A stretch of DNA of 64,000 nt, from the NCBI RefSeq assembly GCF_001447785.1, contig NW_015172008.1, positions 124,001 through 188,000 of the forward strand. The letters are read 5' to 3'. A program made the translations under genes and the position numbers. The notes under the pieces were generated by a model. The model saw only the letters and a list, made by a program, of their open reading frames with translations. It had not been told where the DNA came from and ran no database searches. Origin of the DNA: Gekko japonicus. Its lineage: Eukaryota. Shown one piece after another: positions 37,301-50,152 of this stretch; the stretch's first letter is position 1; each line of letters begins with the position of its first letter.

Positions 37301-37719
37301 TGCAAATATTTGATGGAACTCGCCATTGTTTCTTATGCATATCTTTCTGGGTGGGGGAAGACTGGAGGTTTGCTCTGAGGCCTGCCTTATGAAACCTGAA
37401 AATGGCGACCCTTTCCCCAGAGCTTTGGCTTGCTTTGTGGTGCAGACTGAGAATACTTTATTTGGGCTGACTTTTGTGGGTATCTGGTTTAGGTCAGGAG
37501 ATGAGTGCCCCTGCTATTGGGGCTACCCTATAGTAAGGCAGCGTCACTGGGCTACACATCCTTGGAGGAGGCTGAGTCACTGGGACCCTGCATCCCAACA
37601 ACTACCCCTAGAGGAATATCTTAACCCCTCTGCAGCCAGAAAGAATCAATATATGTGATAGGGGCTTCAAGACATCAAACAGAGTATCAATTGACTCTGC
37701 TAAATCCTGCTATCCTGAA

Positions 37720-37940
37720 AGCCAGCATGGTCTAGTGGTTAAGAGTGGCAGACTTTAATCTGGAGAACTGGGCTTGAGTCCGCACTCCTCCACATGGAGC
37801 CTGTCTCAGAACTTTCTCAACCCCACCTACCTCACAAGGTGACTGTTGATGGGGAGGGGAATTGAAGGACATTGTAAGATGCTTTGAGTCTCCTTAGGAT
37901 AGATAAAAGCAGGGTATAAAAAGCAACTCATCTTCTTTCT
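37720..37940 (+). mobile_element. tRNA-derived SINE (Squam3-like), internally deleted
   Basis: A box TGGTCTAGTGG; body homologous to the other copies; CTT tail. Confidence 0.8.
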
Positions 37941-38087
37941 TCCCTTTGTCCAGGAGTCTGCCCATTATCCCATGGTTCCCAATACAGAGCAAAGACGCTA
38001 ATGATCATAAGTGAAGGACGACAACTCGGTTCAAAGCAAGAGGCTTTCCTGTTCCTAGCACAACTTCTGCAAAAGGGCCTCACACTT

Positions 38088-38430
38088 AAGTAAGAACATA
38101 AGAGAAGCCAATGTTGGATCAGGCTAATGGCCCATCCAGTCCAACACTCTGTCACACAGTGGCCAAAAATACCAGGTGCCCTCAGGAGGTCTACCAGTGG
38201 GGCCAGGACACTAGAAGCCCTCCACTGTTGCCTCCCCCCCCCAGCACCAAGAATACAGAGCATCACTTGCCCCAGAGTCCCTATCTATACCTTGTGGTTA
38301 ATAGCCACCGATGGACCTCTGCTCCATATGCTTATCTAATTCCCTCTTGAAGCTGTCCATGCTTGTAGCCGCCGCCACCTCCTGTGGCAGCGAATTCCAT
38401 GTGTTAATCACTCTTTGGGTGAAGAAGTAA
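38088..38430 (-). mobile_element. CR1 3' fragment
   Basis: TAAGAACATAAGAGAAGCC terminus; minus strand encodes YFFTQRVINTWNSLPQEV. Confidence 0.85.
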
Positions 38431-41400
38431 TGACTGACTTGGTTCTTTCCCTTATTGCATCTAGAATGGGTAGAGATGCAGGGCCAGCTACCATGTCCTT
38501 CAATAGCTGCATGGATATTGCTGGTGTGACCCCCCTTTTCTCACCAATTCCTTGTATTCTGCCTCAAGCTTTGCTTACCTGGCTGGACAGCTCTCCTGCT
38601 GTTTCAGTCACCTTGACTTGGATGCTTCTCTTCATCCTGCTGGACAGCTCCCTTGACTCTCTGCTATATGTGGAATTTGCCTTAAGGGCCAAACTATATA
38701 TTAACATTTTGCAATGAATCAGGCCCTGGTCCCCCTTTAAAATGTGGTTCCCCACAGCTGCTGTGTCGCTGTGGAGAAAGTGAGTTGGATCTGGTTTCCC
38801 TGGACCCAACTCACTTTACTCACAGCCACACAGCAGCTGTGGCAAGTGGCATTGTAAATGTCTTCAGGGGCCCAGTTCAGCTCAGGACTTCAGCACAGGA
38901 AAAGAGAGGCTCCTGCCTTCCCCACCCCTTTCCATTTTCCAGAACTGAAACAGCCCCAGTGGGAGTTGTTGGCCCCATTTTGGAGCTGTTTGTGCCCTTT
39001 TGGCTCCTTAAAATGCTATTGCCCACAGCTCCAGGGAACCCGGACCTGGCTTGTTATAAAACATATTGAGTAGCTTAAGCCCTTAGATTGCCAGTCTTGG
39101 GAGGAATGGGACATTGGGGTAGCTGTCTGCTACTACTGGCCAGGGGGTACCTGGGGCAGTTGCCACTGGTGTCATACCAAGAGATGTGGTAAGAACCATT
39201 AGTTTGGAGCTGGCACAGATGCTACATCTCCAAAAAGTTTATTTCTTTTGCATGTGTTTCGGTTCATCTCTGAAACAGGGAGTGGCAAAGCTTTCTGTGA
39301 GGGGCAGAAGATCTCTGTGATTAGAAGAAATGGCCTTTATGGATCATGAAAATAATTTCTGCTATCTTCTGGGAGTTTCTGCTTCAGATATTACAATGTT
39401 TCTGTGAATAGACCATTTGTGGGATCAGTTATTTATGGGCACTAGATGGCTGCAGCAATAATGTTGGCACCAGCTCTTTAATATCTTTTCAAAATCTTTA
39501 TAACTTAGGGAGGATCTGTCAGCAGCAATTTCTGTGCTAGCACAGCCTCTGTAGACCTCAGAGTAGCAAGTGTTGGTAACAAACAATGGGCTTTTGGCCT
39601 TCAGGCCTGACTTGGGAATGTCTCAGAGACATCTAACTGGCGCTGGCCCTTTTGGAAACAGAATGGTGCGTTAGATGGACCTTTGCTCCTCTCCAGCATA
39701 GAAAGTTTTTACCAATCTGGTTCAATCATGGAGTATGGGTGAAATATTATTTTCTCTGGGAAAAACAATCTCAGAGATTCAAAGCATATTCTTCTCATTA
39801 CAATACACAGTCTCTTCATTCCCCAAAGAGTAAGATTACCTTTCCTTAAAAAAAAACAACACGGCTCACAATTCAGTTCTGCGTTATTTTAACTTACATA
39901 AAGCATGCTATCAATCACCCATTAGACTGTATCCTTTTCCATTGCTTAAGGTGAGGGAAGGAAGCATATCCTGATTCCTTTTAGATGGCTGGGGGTAAAA
40001 AGAAAAAAGATGAAACAAAATATTAAACCCTGTCACTTCTCTGCTGAGGCTGAGAGATTATTGTGAAGTTTGGCAGGGAATATATTAGGATTTTAAAAGG
40101 AATAATGCCTGCTGAGTCTGTAGATGTTTATCAGCTGCATTTTTGGCTTTCCCCACACTGATTAAAAGGAATAAGGCCTCCTGAGTCTAGCTGCATTTTT
40201 GGCTTTCCCCACACTGATTAAATGTGGCATTTGTTATACTGCTAATAAGAGAGATGAAGCTAAGGAAACTGTGATGTCTCTCCCCCTGTTTATAAGTCAC
40301 TGCTGTGTGTTTGAATTCTCACTTGGTTTCCCCCCAGCTCTAGGCCCTGGTCTGGCCTTTGAACAGAGGTGTAACGATCCCCAAGTGATGCGAGTAAAGG
40401 AGACTGAGGTAAGGCTTGACTGCGAGGAGAACTGGTCCCAGGTACCTATGGCTACAGAAGCCATACAATCAAGTATTAATTGTCTCCACTGCCTCCTTTT
40501 GGAGATGCTCGCTGAGAGGGGACCAATGTTTACTTCCCTGGATGGTGATTGCTCCCTGGGTGTGCAGTCATCAGCTGGTGTTCCATCTTCCCTGCCAAAT
40601 GTTCTATTCCCTTTCAATAATGAGCGAAAGCAGCTTCAATGAAGCAACTCCTTGCTCTCAGCTCAATACTGTTACGCATCTATTTTTATCCATTCTGCAG
40701 CTATCGTCTCCTTGATTCTCCCTGCTCTACTTTCTTGGCATCAGTGTGGTTTACTCCTTAAAAAAAAATCAAATCCCTGATATGGAACATGGCTTGTTAT
40801 AAATAGTTTATTGCATTTAGTTTTCTAATGTTCTAATAAACTTTTTCTTCCTAGACAAAGCTGGTTTCAGTAGCATGTAGGCATGCCATAAACCGGGCAG
40901 CTGACTGGCTTGGCAGGCGAGCAGCCACGTGTGATTGCCATGGCCACCCATGGGCTGAGCCTCAGACCTGCCTCACGCACCACAGTTGGCTTTGAGCCAC
41001 TGTCAATTTGCAGATGTGACGAAAGTGCTCACTGGTGAGACTTGGTGCTCCTTTCACAAACTCTTATTTAAACTCAATTGCTGCCTGTGCAAAGCAATGA
41101 TGTATGCTTAAAAGCACACTAGAGGTCTGTGGCCTGGCGGGTTGTATTGGCAGCCATGTTTAAGTGAGACACCAGGAAAATGCAGTGCCATGGGTGAACG
41201 CCATGCCAGCATCACGTTTATCGACCTCGTCTTGCTATTACAGGAAATGTCTCCTTAAAGTGCCTGCACTTACACTTGACATCCTGTATTTCCGCCTTGC
41301 TTTGTGACCTCTTGGTGGACCCCCTGGCAACTTTTTAGCAAGTGGAGTTGGCTATATATATGTCATTTGTAGAAGTTTGTAGACAAGGGTCTCTGCTTGA

Positions 41401-41447
41401 TCACAGGGGAGGGATTGGGCTGCTGGGTTTTGGTCTTGGAATGCTAC

Positions 41448-41490
41448 CCACCACCACCACCACCACCACCACCACACACACACACACACA
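41448..41490. repeat. Compound (CAC)n(CA)n microsatellite
   Basis: Directly visible in the sequence. Confidence 0.9.
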
Positions 41491-41531
41491 ACTATTACTC
41501 CCTGAATGTGGCTGCTGCTGATACTGCCGGG

Positions 41532-41737
41532 CAACACTCCCTCTAAACTGTGGAGTCTCATGAGCAAAAATTCTACTTTGTGAGCTACTGGCATGAAAGT
41601 TGTGAGCAAGCGATTTGGCTACTGCTTAAATTGGTTTGCTCTGGAGCCCTCCTTCCTGAGCTAAGACAAAAAACTGTAAGCCGGAGGCTAAAAAACTGTG
41701 AACTAGCTCACACTAACTCAGCTTAGAGGGAACACTG
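41532..41737. mobile_element. hAT MITE (same family as 7677-7883, opposite orientation)
   Basis: TIRs CAACACTCCCTCTAAACTG / CAGCTTAGAGGGAACACTG; 8-bp TSD CTGCCGGG/CTGCTGGG. Confidence 0.85.
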
Positions 41738-42205
41738 CTGCTGGGCTGTATGGCTCCTCTCTGGCTGCCTCATCCCCCTTAGAATGAGGGATGATGTCAT
41801 GAGGGTCTGTGTGTCTCACCTGCTGAGTGGGGCCACACGTGTAAAATAATGTGCAAAAAAAATCTCAATACAGTTGTATATACAGTCACAGAAGATCTAC
41901 CTTTCACAGTGCTTCATTGTCACGTGCACGCCCATTAACACTGAGTGGATATTAAGTGTGAACAAATAAAAGGAACAACACATGGCATGCTCCCCTCCCC
42001 CTTTTAGTTCACTTACACTGTCCATGCAGACCACTCTAACAAATTCAGAAATGAAAAACCAGAATGAGGGAGGATTCCTAGTACATTGGTTCTGCTTTGT
42101 AGACAAGAAAAGACAGTTCAGACGTCCAAAATGTGGGGAGAATTTTGGAAGAGGAGAATGCTGGAAGTATCTCTACCAGGAATGTCCAGTATTGCTGTAG
42201 AAATT

Positions 42206-42452
42206 GAGAGCCAGTTTGGTGTAGTGGTTCGGAGCGGGGGACTCTAATTTGGATACCCTGGTTTGATTCTCCACTCCTCCACATAAAGCTAGCTGGGTGA
42301 CCTTGGGTCAGTCACAGCTCTCAGAGCTCTCCCAGCCCCACTTACTTCACAGGGTGTCTGCTGTCAGGAAAAGAAGGGAAGGTGATTGTAAGCTGCTCCG
42401 AGACTCCTTCGGATAGTGAATGGCAGGGTATAAATCCAATTTCTTCTTCTTC
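42206..42452 (+). mobile_element. tRNA-derived SINE (Squam3-like)
   Basis: GAGAGCCAGTTTGGTGTAGTGG head, B box and (CTT)n tail. Confidence 0.85.
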
Positions 42453-45324
42453 GCCTGGCAGTGTGTGGTTGGGGAGTTCTGTGGTAGTGGGCCCTAGCAG
42501 CTACCCACCTCAGGGTATGCTGACGCCAACCCTGCCCCCAGAACTTGGCTGGCTGAAAGTGCTTGTGGCAGTCCTCCTCCTGTAGCACTAAATACTACAG
42601 TTGGATATGGTGAATTCACATGAGGAAGCAGCTTGCTGTGCGATTCCCTTTGTTTCTTGTATCATTCTCCACATTACTTGCTATGAGCTTGGGAACATAG
42701 TGTCTGTGATTCACTGTCTGGGAATGGCTATCCTATGGGTGCAAGAGGCTGCACAAACCCTCTGCAGTTTGTTCTTACAACTGTGTACATAGACATGTCA
42801 TTGGCAAATAACAGTCAATGGAAGATTTGGCAGAGATGTTCATGTGTTATTAGATTCTCCCAGTGATCTTGATTCAACTCGAGTCATTAATAGGTTTGTA
42901 CTATCGAAATTACTATACTTAGGTCAATGGAAAATTCTGATCTAAAGACCTCTTCTTTTGCTCTCCAAACCCCTGATATCTTATACATCAGATAGTCCTC
43001 TGTATTGAAAGGGACAAGCATCAATCTGCTTTACATTCTTTCCCCCCATAGTTTTCATAATTTTTGACTGTTCTTTCAGTAAACAAACCATCTGAACTGT
43101 AGACTGTGTCTATATTGATTTACCTCTGCTGATCCAGCAGCAAAATTTTATATTGTGACAGGGTGGGATAGCCATTGTGCTTCAGAAAGGAAGAAAATAG
43201 ACACAAAGGGCTGTTCAGTCAGAAAGGGAGAGAAAAAATGGAGGGAAAATTTTGCCTCTGAATTTTTTACCCTGGATTTCACTTGACCTTTCCCCTCTAT
43301 GTTGAATAAAATATTTTTTTATTTTTGAACTTTTAAAAAGCCTTGAGTGCCATTTCAGTAGTGTAAGTTAAGGGGGATCTCAACCCTTCCCTCAGTTCCC
43401 TGGGCTGAAGGGGGGGGCAGGGGAGAGATGTTGCAGTTGATCAGCTGAGCTTTAACCAGAACCCATACCCTTTTACCAACAGACATTTCAAAGAAGCAGA
43501 AGAAAGAGTGCCATACCAAGCAAGGAAGCAGCAGAGAAAGTGCCATACTAAGAGATGGCACATAGACATGCAGGCACGAGGCTGCTGATTGGCCAGCAGA
43601 TTTCAGCATGTGTAAGTCAAAAATATTTATTGTCATAGCCATAGGCCATAACAACCGAACAAATAACCCCCTACACACAATTCACATCTAGACAGAGAAT
43701 TAAAACATTCCAGCATAGCAAAATAAACAGAATTTAAAATATATATAGTAAAACTGGTACAATAAAAGAACTGAATGCTAAAATGTGAAATAATTATAAT
43801 GTGGCTAAAATTCTTGTAGGAGCAGCCGAAATTAATTTCTTCCTTATATTTGATGACAGGAAAATAAAAGTAGCCACCTTAAGAATCTGGGATAGCATTA
43901 GCCAACAAAAATTTAATACATTCTTCCCCTGAACTTGGAAAATTTGTAAGGAACTGATCTAGTAACAGTTGGATTGTGTGTGTCAACCAGGTAAGTTTGT
44001 CTGCTGAATAGGTTCGCTGAGGAATTCATGGCATCCCTACCCACTATCCTTCTAAAGCACCAGAGGCCAATGATACCAAACACCACTTGACATTTTGTAG
44101 TCCGGAAGGTCACCAAACTTTCTTATACACACAGAACAGATTTGTGGCTTTCTTACAGTCAGAAAACAAGTCTAAAAGAATATATATCCACTGAGGAACA
44201 GGTACCAAAATAAGATGCCATAAACACATTATACAAATGTCTGTGCTGTAAAACCATTTGAATGAAAACGTTAAGGTGCAAGAAGTATACAGTGTAACCA
44301 TGCCTAACTTTAGAAAACTAGAAAAGACCACAAACGAGACATGGAATGCACTGAAAATTATGACTTCTGTATCACATGATGTTATCTTTTTTGCAGAGTC
44401 AATGAGCTTTTTTGTGGTTTGAACAAAAATGTATTTTTAGTCATATGTAGTTTCCTCTCCCTTTTAGAAACCTGTATGTTTTTGCAGTTTCTCATCATGA
44501 ATGAAGCAATGCTTCCATAGCAAAATAACAAAGAAAAGCTTTAAAAATGCCCTCAAAATACCCTCCAGTTGGCAAGGAGATTGAAAAACAAACAAAATGA
44601 CCTGGAAAGAAAAGTTACTAACTCATTATGTCAGCCATCCATTTTCTCCAGAGCCTCCCACAGATTTTAATAGATGATTGTCAGTTTCAGAAAGCTGAAA
44701 TCCACAACCCAAACATCCAAATTGACTATTTCACCTATCTTTGCAAAATTCAGCTTAGTACAAGCTTCAGAGCATTTTTGTACAGACTGTAAGCACAATA
44801 CTCAGACTCCAGTCCACTTGATGTTAAATTCCCTTTCAAATAAATTTATGCTCTAACAGGCATTTGGGTACTCTTATGAGAAAAAGGTACACCTATTTTA
44901 GTAAGTGGAGCAAAGCTGTACATGCATTGTACATATAAATGTCTGTACACCCATCTGCTTCTTCACTGAAATTAATGTGAAAATACTTGATGGACAAGAA
45001 AGAGCTCACTATGTGCACTGGAACACCCACAGTGGTTGGAACAGGGCAACTATCTTTGTATTTTGGGTGCATTCCCAACAATCTGCAATTTGATCTCCAA
45101 CTGGGTGCAAAAATAGTTTGTTGCTATGTTCATATGTGCTGCTTATTCCTTTTACCTCCCTTCTCTTTGTCTGGGAACATTTCACAGCTTGATTGAGGTC
45201 CAATTCATTGTGATGTACAAACACAGGCACTGGCAAATTGGAATGCATTTGCTTGACACAAATGGGATTTGGAACTGGGGTTAAATTGAAGTTTTGAACC
45301 TTGGTTTATGTGTAGCCAGCTAAC

Positions 45325-45585
45325 AGGAGGAGGAGGAGGAGGAGAAGGAGAAAGAGAAAGAAAGGTTTTATATTCTACTTTTCTCTACCTTAAGGAGTCT
45401 CAAAGTGGGCCTTCCCTTCCTCTCCCCATAACAGGTACCTTGTGAAGTAGGTGGGCTGAGAGAGTTCTGAGAGAACTGACTCGCCCAAGCTTACCCAGCA
45501 GGCTTCATGAGGAGGAGTGAGGAATCAAAGCCGGTTGTCCAGACTGGAGTCTGCAGCTCTTAACCACTATAGCACGCTGACTCTC
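45325..45585 (-). mobile_element. tRNA-derived SINE (Squam3-like)
   Basis: Homologous to 4577-4882. Confidence 0.8.
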
Positions 45586-45914
45586 TTTCCAGTTCAACAA
45601 GGCACCTGCATTTGGATATCATGGTGAACAGGAGCTTGATCAAGGAAAGAAGTTTTTAATCAAGCTCTGTGTGCTTGCAGAGAAGGAGGGCAACGGGCTT
45701 TTGTGAGGATAACAACAAACTGTGTTTTTGGTCAGTTGGAATTAATTGTACCTCATCTGGATAGATATCATGAATGTCTGTGATGCAATTTCATACTGAT
45801 TTGCATTTCTAGTCCAGAATAAGTTGAGTTGACTGCTAAATCATAGGTTAAAGCAATTTTGCTACTGCTACTACAAGGCTTCCCCAAGACAGATTTGGTA
45901 CATGTTCTTTTGTT

Positions 45915-46115
45915 GAACACATGAATTTGGTTCATACTGAACCGGACTACCAAGGTCCGTGTTGGCTACTCTGACTGGAAGCAGTTCTCTGGTGTCTCAG
46001 GCAGAGGTCTTTCATATTAGTTACTACTAAATAATTTTAACTGGAGAAGCTGGGAGTTGACCTTGAGTCCTTCTGCATGAAAAACAGACCCCCTGTCACT
46101 GAGCCACAACCTTTC
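45915..46115 (-). mobile_element. tRNA-derived SINE with CR1-type tail (Squam2-like)
   Basis: Homologous to 47455-47665. Confidence 0.7.
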
Positions 46116-46200
46116 CCTTACTCTTCAGAAGCATCAGGAGGTAAAAGGAGGACAAAAATCTGGTGCTATTAGGAGTGCAATTTCAGTATTCAGTTAGGGT

Positions 46201-46678
46201 CAGTGGCAGGCCCACATTTTTGGACCCCTGAAGCTTGAACTGTTATGGGCCCCCCTTCTCAACCAGTAACAATAGGGCAACATCCAACAAGGTCCAAAGG
46301 GCCTTGCTGCCCTTGCAAGGACCTTGAGGCCCAAATGGTGGAGAATGGGGTGGTGGGATGGAGTCCTTGAAAATGGGCCATACAGTGAGACCCTTCCCAC
46401 CCTAAGAAAATTTTGAAATTTGACCAATGACAGGGACATTTTGAGGCCATATGAAATGGGTATTAGAGTATATTCTAAGGTCAATATTAAGTACTTCAAC
46501 TCATTGGCTTATGATTCTGTCACTAAAATAGTCTTATTTGAATAACAAATACTTTAAAATACTCCATCAATTTTGTTGACAAATTCACTCATTTTAAAAA
46601 AAGGTTGCTTCAGGGCCCCTCCATGATTAGGGCCCCTGACACTTAAGCTTCAATAGTTTCATAGTAGATCCGCCCCTG
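46201..46678. mobile_element. Non-autonomous hAT transposon
   Basis: Ends CAGTGGCAGG / TCCGCCCCTG. Perfect 8-bp TSD GTTAGGGT (46193-46200 and 46679-46686). Subterminal GGGCCCC motifs. Confidence 0.88.
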
Positions 46679-47454
46679 GTTAGGGTCAAGGTTCCTTCAT
46701 TATTCAAAAACCCGTTCTTGGATATTTGTAAAATTGAATCACTTCTCCACTGCTGAAACCTAAAACAACATTCTTTCTTCAGGGCAATCACTACTTCTTC
46801 ATTAGGTACATTTGTACTCCTAAATATTTCTGGGCCTAAGATGGTGGATGAATTGATAGGAGATTGTGCAGTGAGAAGGGAAAAAACTTGATATAGTCAT
46901 GTGTTTCTACACCATGAATTCTGATGCTCTGACTTTTGTAGGTTAAGAGATTACAGGTAATTTGGCCAGAAATCTTTAATGGTATCAGCAGGTCTCCCAT
47001 TTACCAAATTAAAGTGTTGAGAGTTCTTTCTTTCTCCAAATAATTGCTACAATGACCACAGTATGTGGTTCTATGCACAGCCCAGTTAATTCCTGACCAT
47101 GCTGTTGTAAAACTAACTATTTTAGCAGAATGTCTCCTTTCATTATTATGTATGCCAATGACTTTTTCAGCAATGCTTCACAATAACTGCTTGAGAGATG
47201 AGATATGACATTCAGAACAATGAATGGTGCTAAACAAATAAGAGATGGTTTCAATTATGGCTTATAGTCTTTTATTTGAAATGTTTACTGACTCAAGAGT
47301 TTTCTGTTTGGGAAAAATGTTTTACTGCAAACAATAAAATTGTCAAAATCTGTTGGAATTAATTAATATTTAATCACTGCTGACGTTTGGCTGGGTTGAA
47401 TTAGAAAAGCTGAAGAATAAAATATATACAAAACAGAAGTATATGCGTTTTTCA

Positions 47455-47665
47455 CATGAACACCCATGAAGCTGCCTTATACTGAATCAGACCATGGTCA
47501 ATTAGGGTCAGTATTGTCAACTTAGGCAGGCAGCAACTCTCCAGGGTCTCATGCTGAGGTCTTTCACATCACCTACTGCTTATTCCTTTAACTGAAGATC
47601 CTGGGAATTGAACCTGGGACCTTCTGCATGCAAAGTAGTGGCTCTTTCACTGAGCCACAACCCCT
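47455..47665 (-). mobile_element. tRNA-derived SINE with CR1-type tail (Squam2-like)
   Basis: Minus-strand A box TGGCTCAGTG and B box GGTTCAATTCC; CATGAACAC terminus. Confidence 0.8.
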
Positions 47666-47699
47666 TTATATATAACTGTTACAAAACAATGTTCATCTT

Positions 47700-48770
47700 A
47701 AACCTTTGCTTCCAGTCTTGTTTCATTTATATAATTTCTAATTATGCTTAATAAAATCCTTAAAGTCTTCTATTATGATTCCTGAAAAAGTACATATTCT
47801 TTACAGTTCCTGAAAAAGTACATATTCTTTACAGTTCAAGTTAAGTTTCTCCCAAGTTTATAATAGTTGTAATCCATTACTCATGTTTTTCCCTTTTCAT
47901 GGCTTCTTTTCACCCATTCATAAAATAATGTCCAATTTTCTCTCACATTTTGTTTACTTTGGTCTTTCAATGAATCTGTCAATATATTCATTTCCGCTGT
48001 TTCAGAATTTTTTGTTAAGAGTTCCTCTTTCATTGGTATCTCTGATTTCTTCCAATATGTAGCATAAAGAATTCTTGCTGCTGTAACTATATGTATAATT
48101 AAGTGCTTAACTTTCTTATCTTTTACCTCAGGCATAATATTAAGCAAAAACATTTCTGGTTTAAATGGTAGCGGTATCAGACATATTTCTGGCAATATTT
48201 CATTAACCCTTCTCCAGTTTGGTGTAGTGGTTAAGTGTGCGGACTCTAATCTGGGAGAACCGGGTTTGATTCCCCACTTCTCCACTTGCACCTGCTGATG
48301 TGACCTTGGGTCAGTCACAAGCTCTGGCACAGCTGTCCTTGAAAAAGAGCAGTTTGTGTCAGAGTTCTCTCAGCCCCACCTACCTCACAAGGTGTCTGTT
48401 GTGGGGAGGGGAAGGGAAAGGAGTTTGTAAGCCGCTCTGAGACTCCAAGTGAAGGGCGGGGTATAAATCCAATCTCTTCTCTCTTCTTCTTCTTCTTCCT
48501 CAATGTAACATCACATCTTTACACTTCCACCAAATATGAAAGAAGCTTCCCACCCATATCTTACATTTCCAACATTTGTCAGACATTCCAGGATACATTT
48601 TGGCTAATTTCTCTGGCGTTTTATTTATGTATTTATGTATTTATTTATTTATTATATACCACCTATAGAACATTTTATATACATTCTCTTTAAAAGAGAT
48701 CAATTTTGTTATTCTTACATTTGTTTTCCATATTTGCAACCCATAATCAAGATGAATATTATGGCAAAAT
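47700..48770 (-). mobile_element. L1-clade LINE, 3' segment (interrupted by a SINE)
   Basis: FCHNIHLD..KENVYKMFYRWY, CWKC..FHIWWKC knuckle, and PEMFLLNI..HIVTAARILYATYWK. Confidence 0.88.
48214..48500 (+). mobile_element. tRNA-derived SINE (Squam3-like) inserted in the L1
   Basis: A/B boxes and (CTT)n tail. L1 sequence continues on both sides. Confidence 0.88.
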
Positions 48771-49915
48771 AATGTGATTAGAGAAGATAAAAATATTAGA
48801 GGAACAATACGTGAAGAATACAAAGTACAAGCTTTTGCAGATCATCTAGCTTTTATTTTAGAAGATCCCAGCACTTCTATAGACAGCTTGATGAAGAATT
48901 TAATGGAATTTGGTGAGATGGCAGGAATGAAAGTGAATAGACAAAAGATAAAGATCGTTACAATATATTACATTACAATACAATACATTACAATACAATT
49001 CATTATAATACAACCTATAATAAATCTGGTTGAAAAAACAGGATTCCAATCAGAGCAAAGAGTGAAATATTTAGGCATTCTCCTGACAAACAAAAGCAGT
49101 TCGTTGATGGAAGAGAATTACATGAAATTATTTAAAGAAACCCAAAACAATTTAGATAAATGGAGTAACTTACAGTTGTCATTTATGGGAAGAATAGCTG
49201 CAATTAAAATGAATATCCTTCCTAGACTTATTTTTCTTTTCCAAACTATTCCAATTTTACAGAAGCAAACATACTTTCAGGAACTGAATAACAATGAAAT
49301 TTATATGGCAAGGGAAGAAACCTAGAATAAAATTGAAGGCATTACAGGATTTTAAACAGAGTGCAGGCTTTGGCCTCCCAGACTGGGGAACATACTATAA
49401 AGCATGTGCATTGACATGGATTAAAGAATGGATAACAATTGAAAATACTATACTGTTAAAACTTGAGAGATATGATTTAAAGCTAGGATGGTCATGCCTA
49501 TCTTTGGTACCTAAAAGCAGACAATCACAAATATTTTAAAAATAATTTGATAAGGAAAGCCCTGCTGTCAGTATGGGAAAGAATCAGACATAATACATAT
49601 GTGAAGATCCCAAAATGGGTCTCTCTGGTGGAAGCATTTACTCAAACTGTATTATTGGATAGGGGAAAAGTAGCTACATACGAAGATCTATTAGGAAAGG
49701 AAGATAGGTTGAAGTCTAAAGAAGAATTAGAGGAACAAGATATACACTTGGATTGGTGGACAAGAATACAGTCTAGATATCCTAAAGACAAACCTCAGGG
49801 TGCAGAACAATTGGCATTTGATACACTCTTATATGGAACAAATGATAAATTAATTAAGAAATTTTATGTGTATTTGTTACAAATAAAGATGGAGGATGAG
49901 GTAATTAAAGAATGC
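48771..49915 (+). mobile_element. L1-clade LINE, inverted 5' segment (RT C-terminal half)
   Basis: YKVQAFADHL (FADD variant), VKYLGI, LSFMGRIAAIKMNILPRLIFLFQ, FIWQGKKPRI and GFGLPDW..YYKA motifs; frameshifted. Confidence 0.9.
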
Positions 49916-50152
49916 AAGAGTAGGTTTTTATACCCCACTTTTCTATACCTTAAGGAGTGTCATAGTGGCTTACAATCATGTTCCCTTCCTTTCTCCACAA
50001 CAGGCACCTTGTGAGGTAGGTGGGGCTGAGAGAGTTCTGAGAGAATTGTGATTGGCCTAGGTCACTCAACAGGCTTCATGTGAAGGAGGAGTGGGGAATC
50101 AAAACAGGTTCTCCCAAAGAGTCCACTCTTTTAACCATTACACCATACTAGC
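49916..50152 (-). mobile_element. tRNA-derived SINE (Squam3-like)
   Basis: Homologous to 4577-4882 and 45325-45585. Confidence 0.8.

Noticed and set aside
40297-40617. Minus-strand ORF containing KRRQWRQ, superficially like CALCR helix 8 (KRQW)
   Set aside because: The surrounding residues do not match, and there is no suitable acceptor or upstream TM7 exon.
42206-42280. tRNA gene
   Set aside because: The A/B boxes belong to a SINE head that continues into SINE body. I could not see a cloverleaf.
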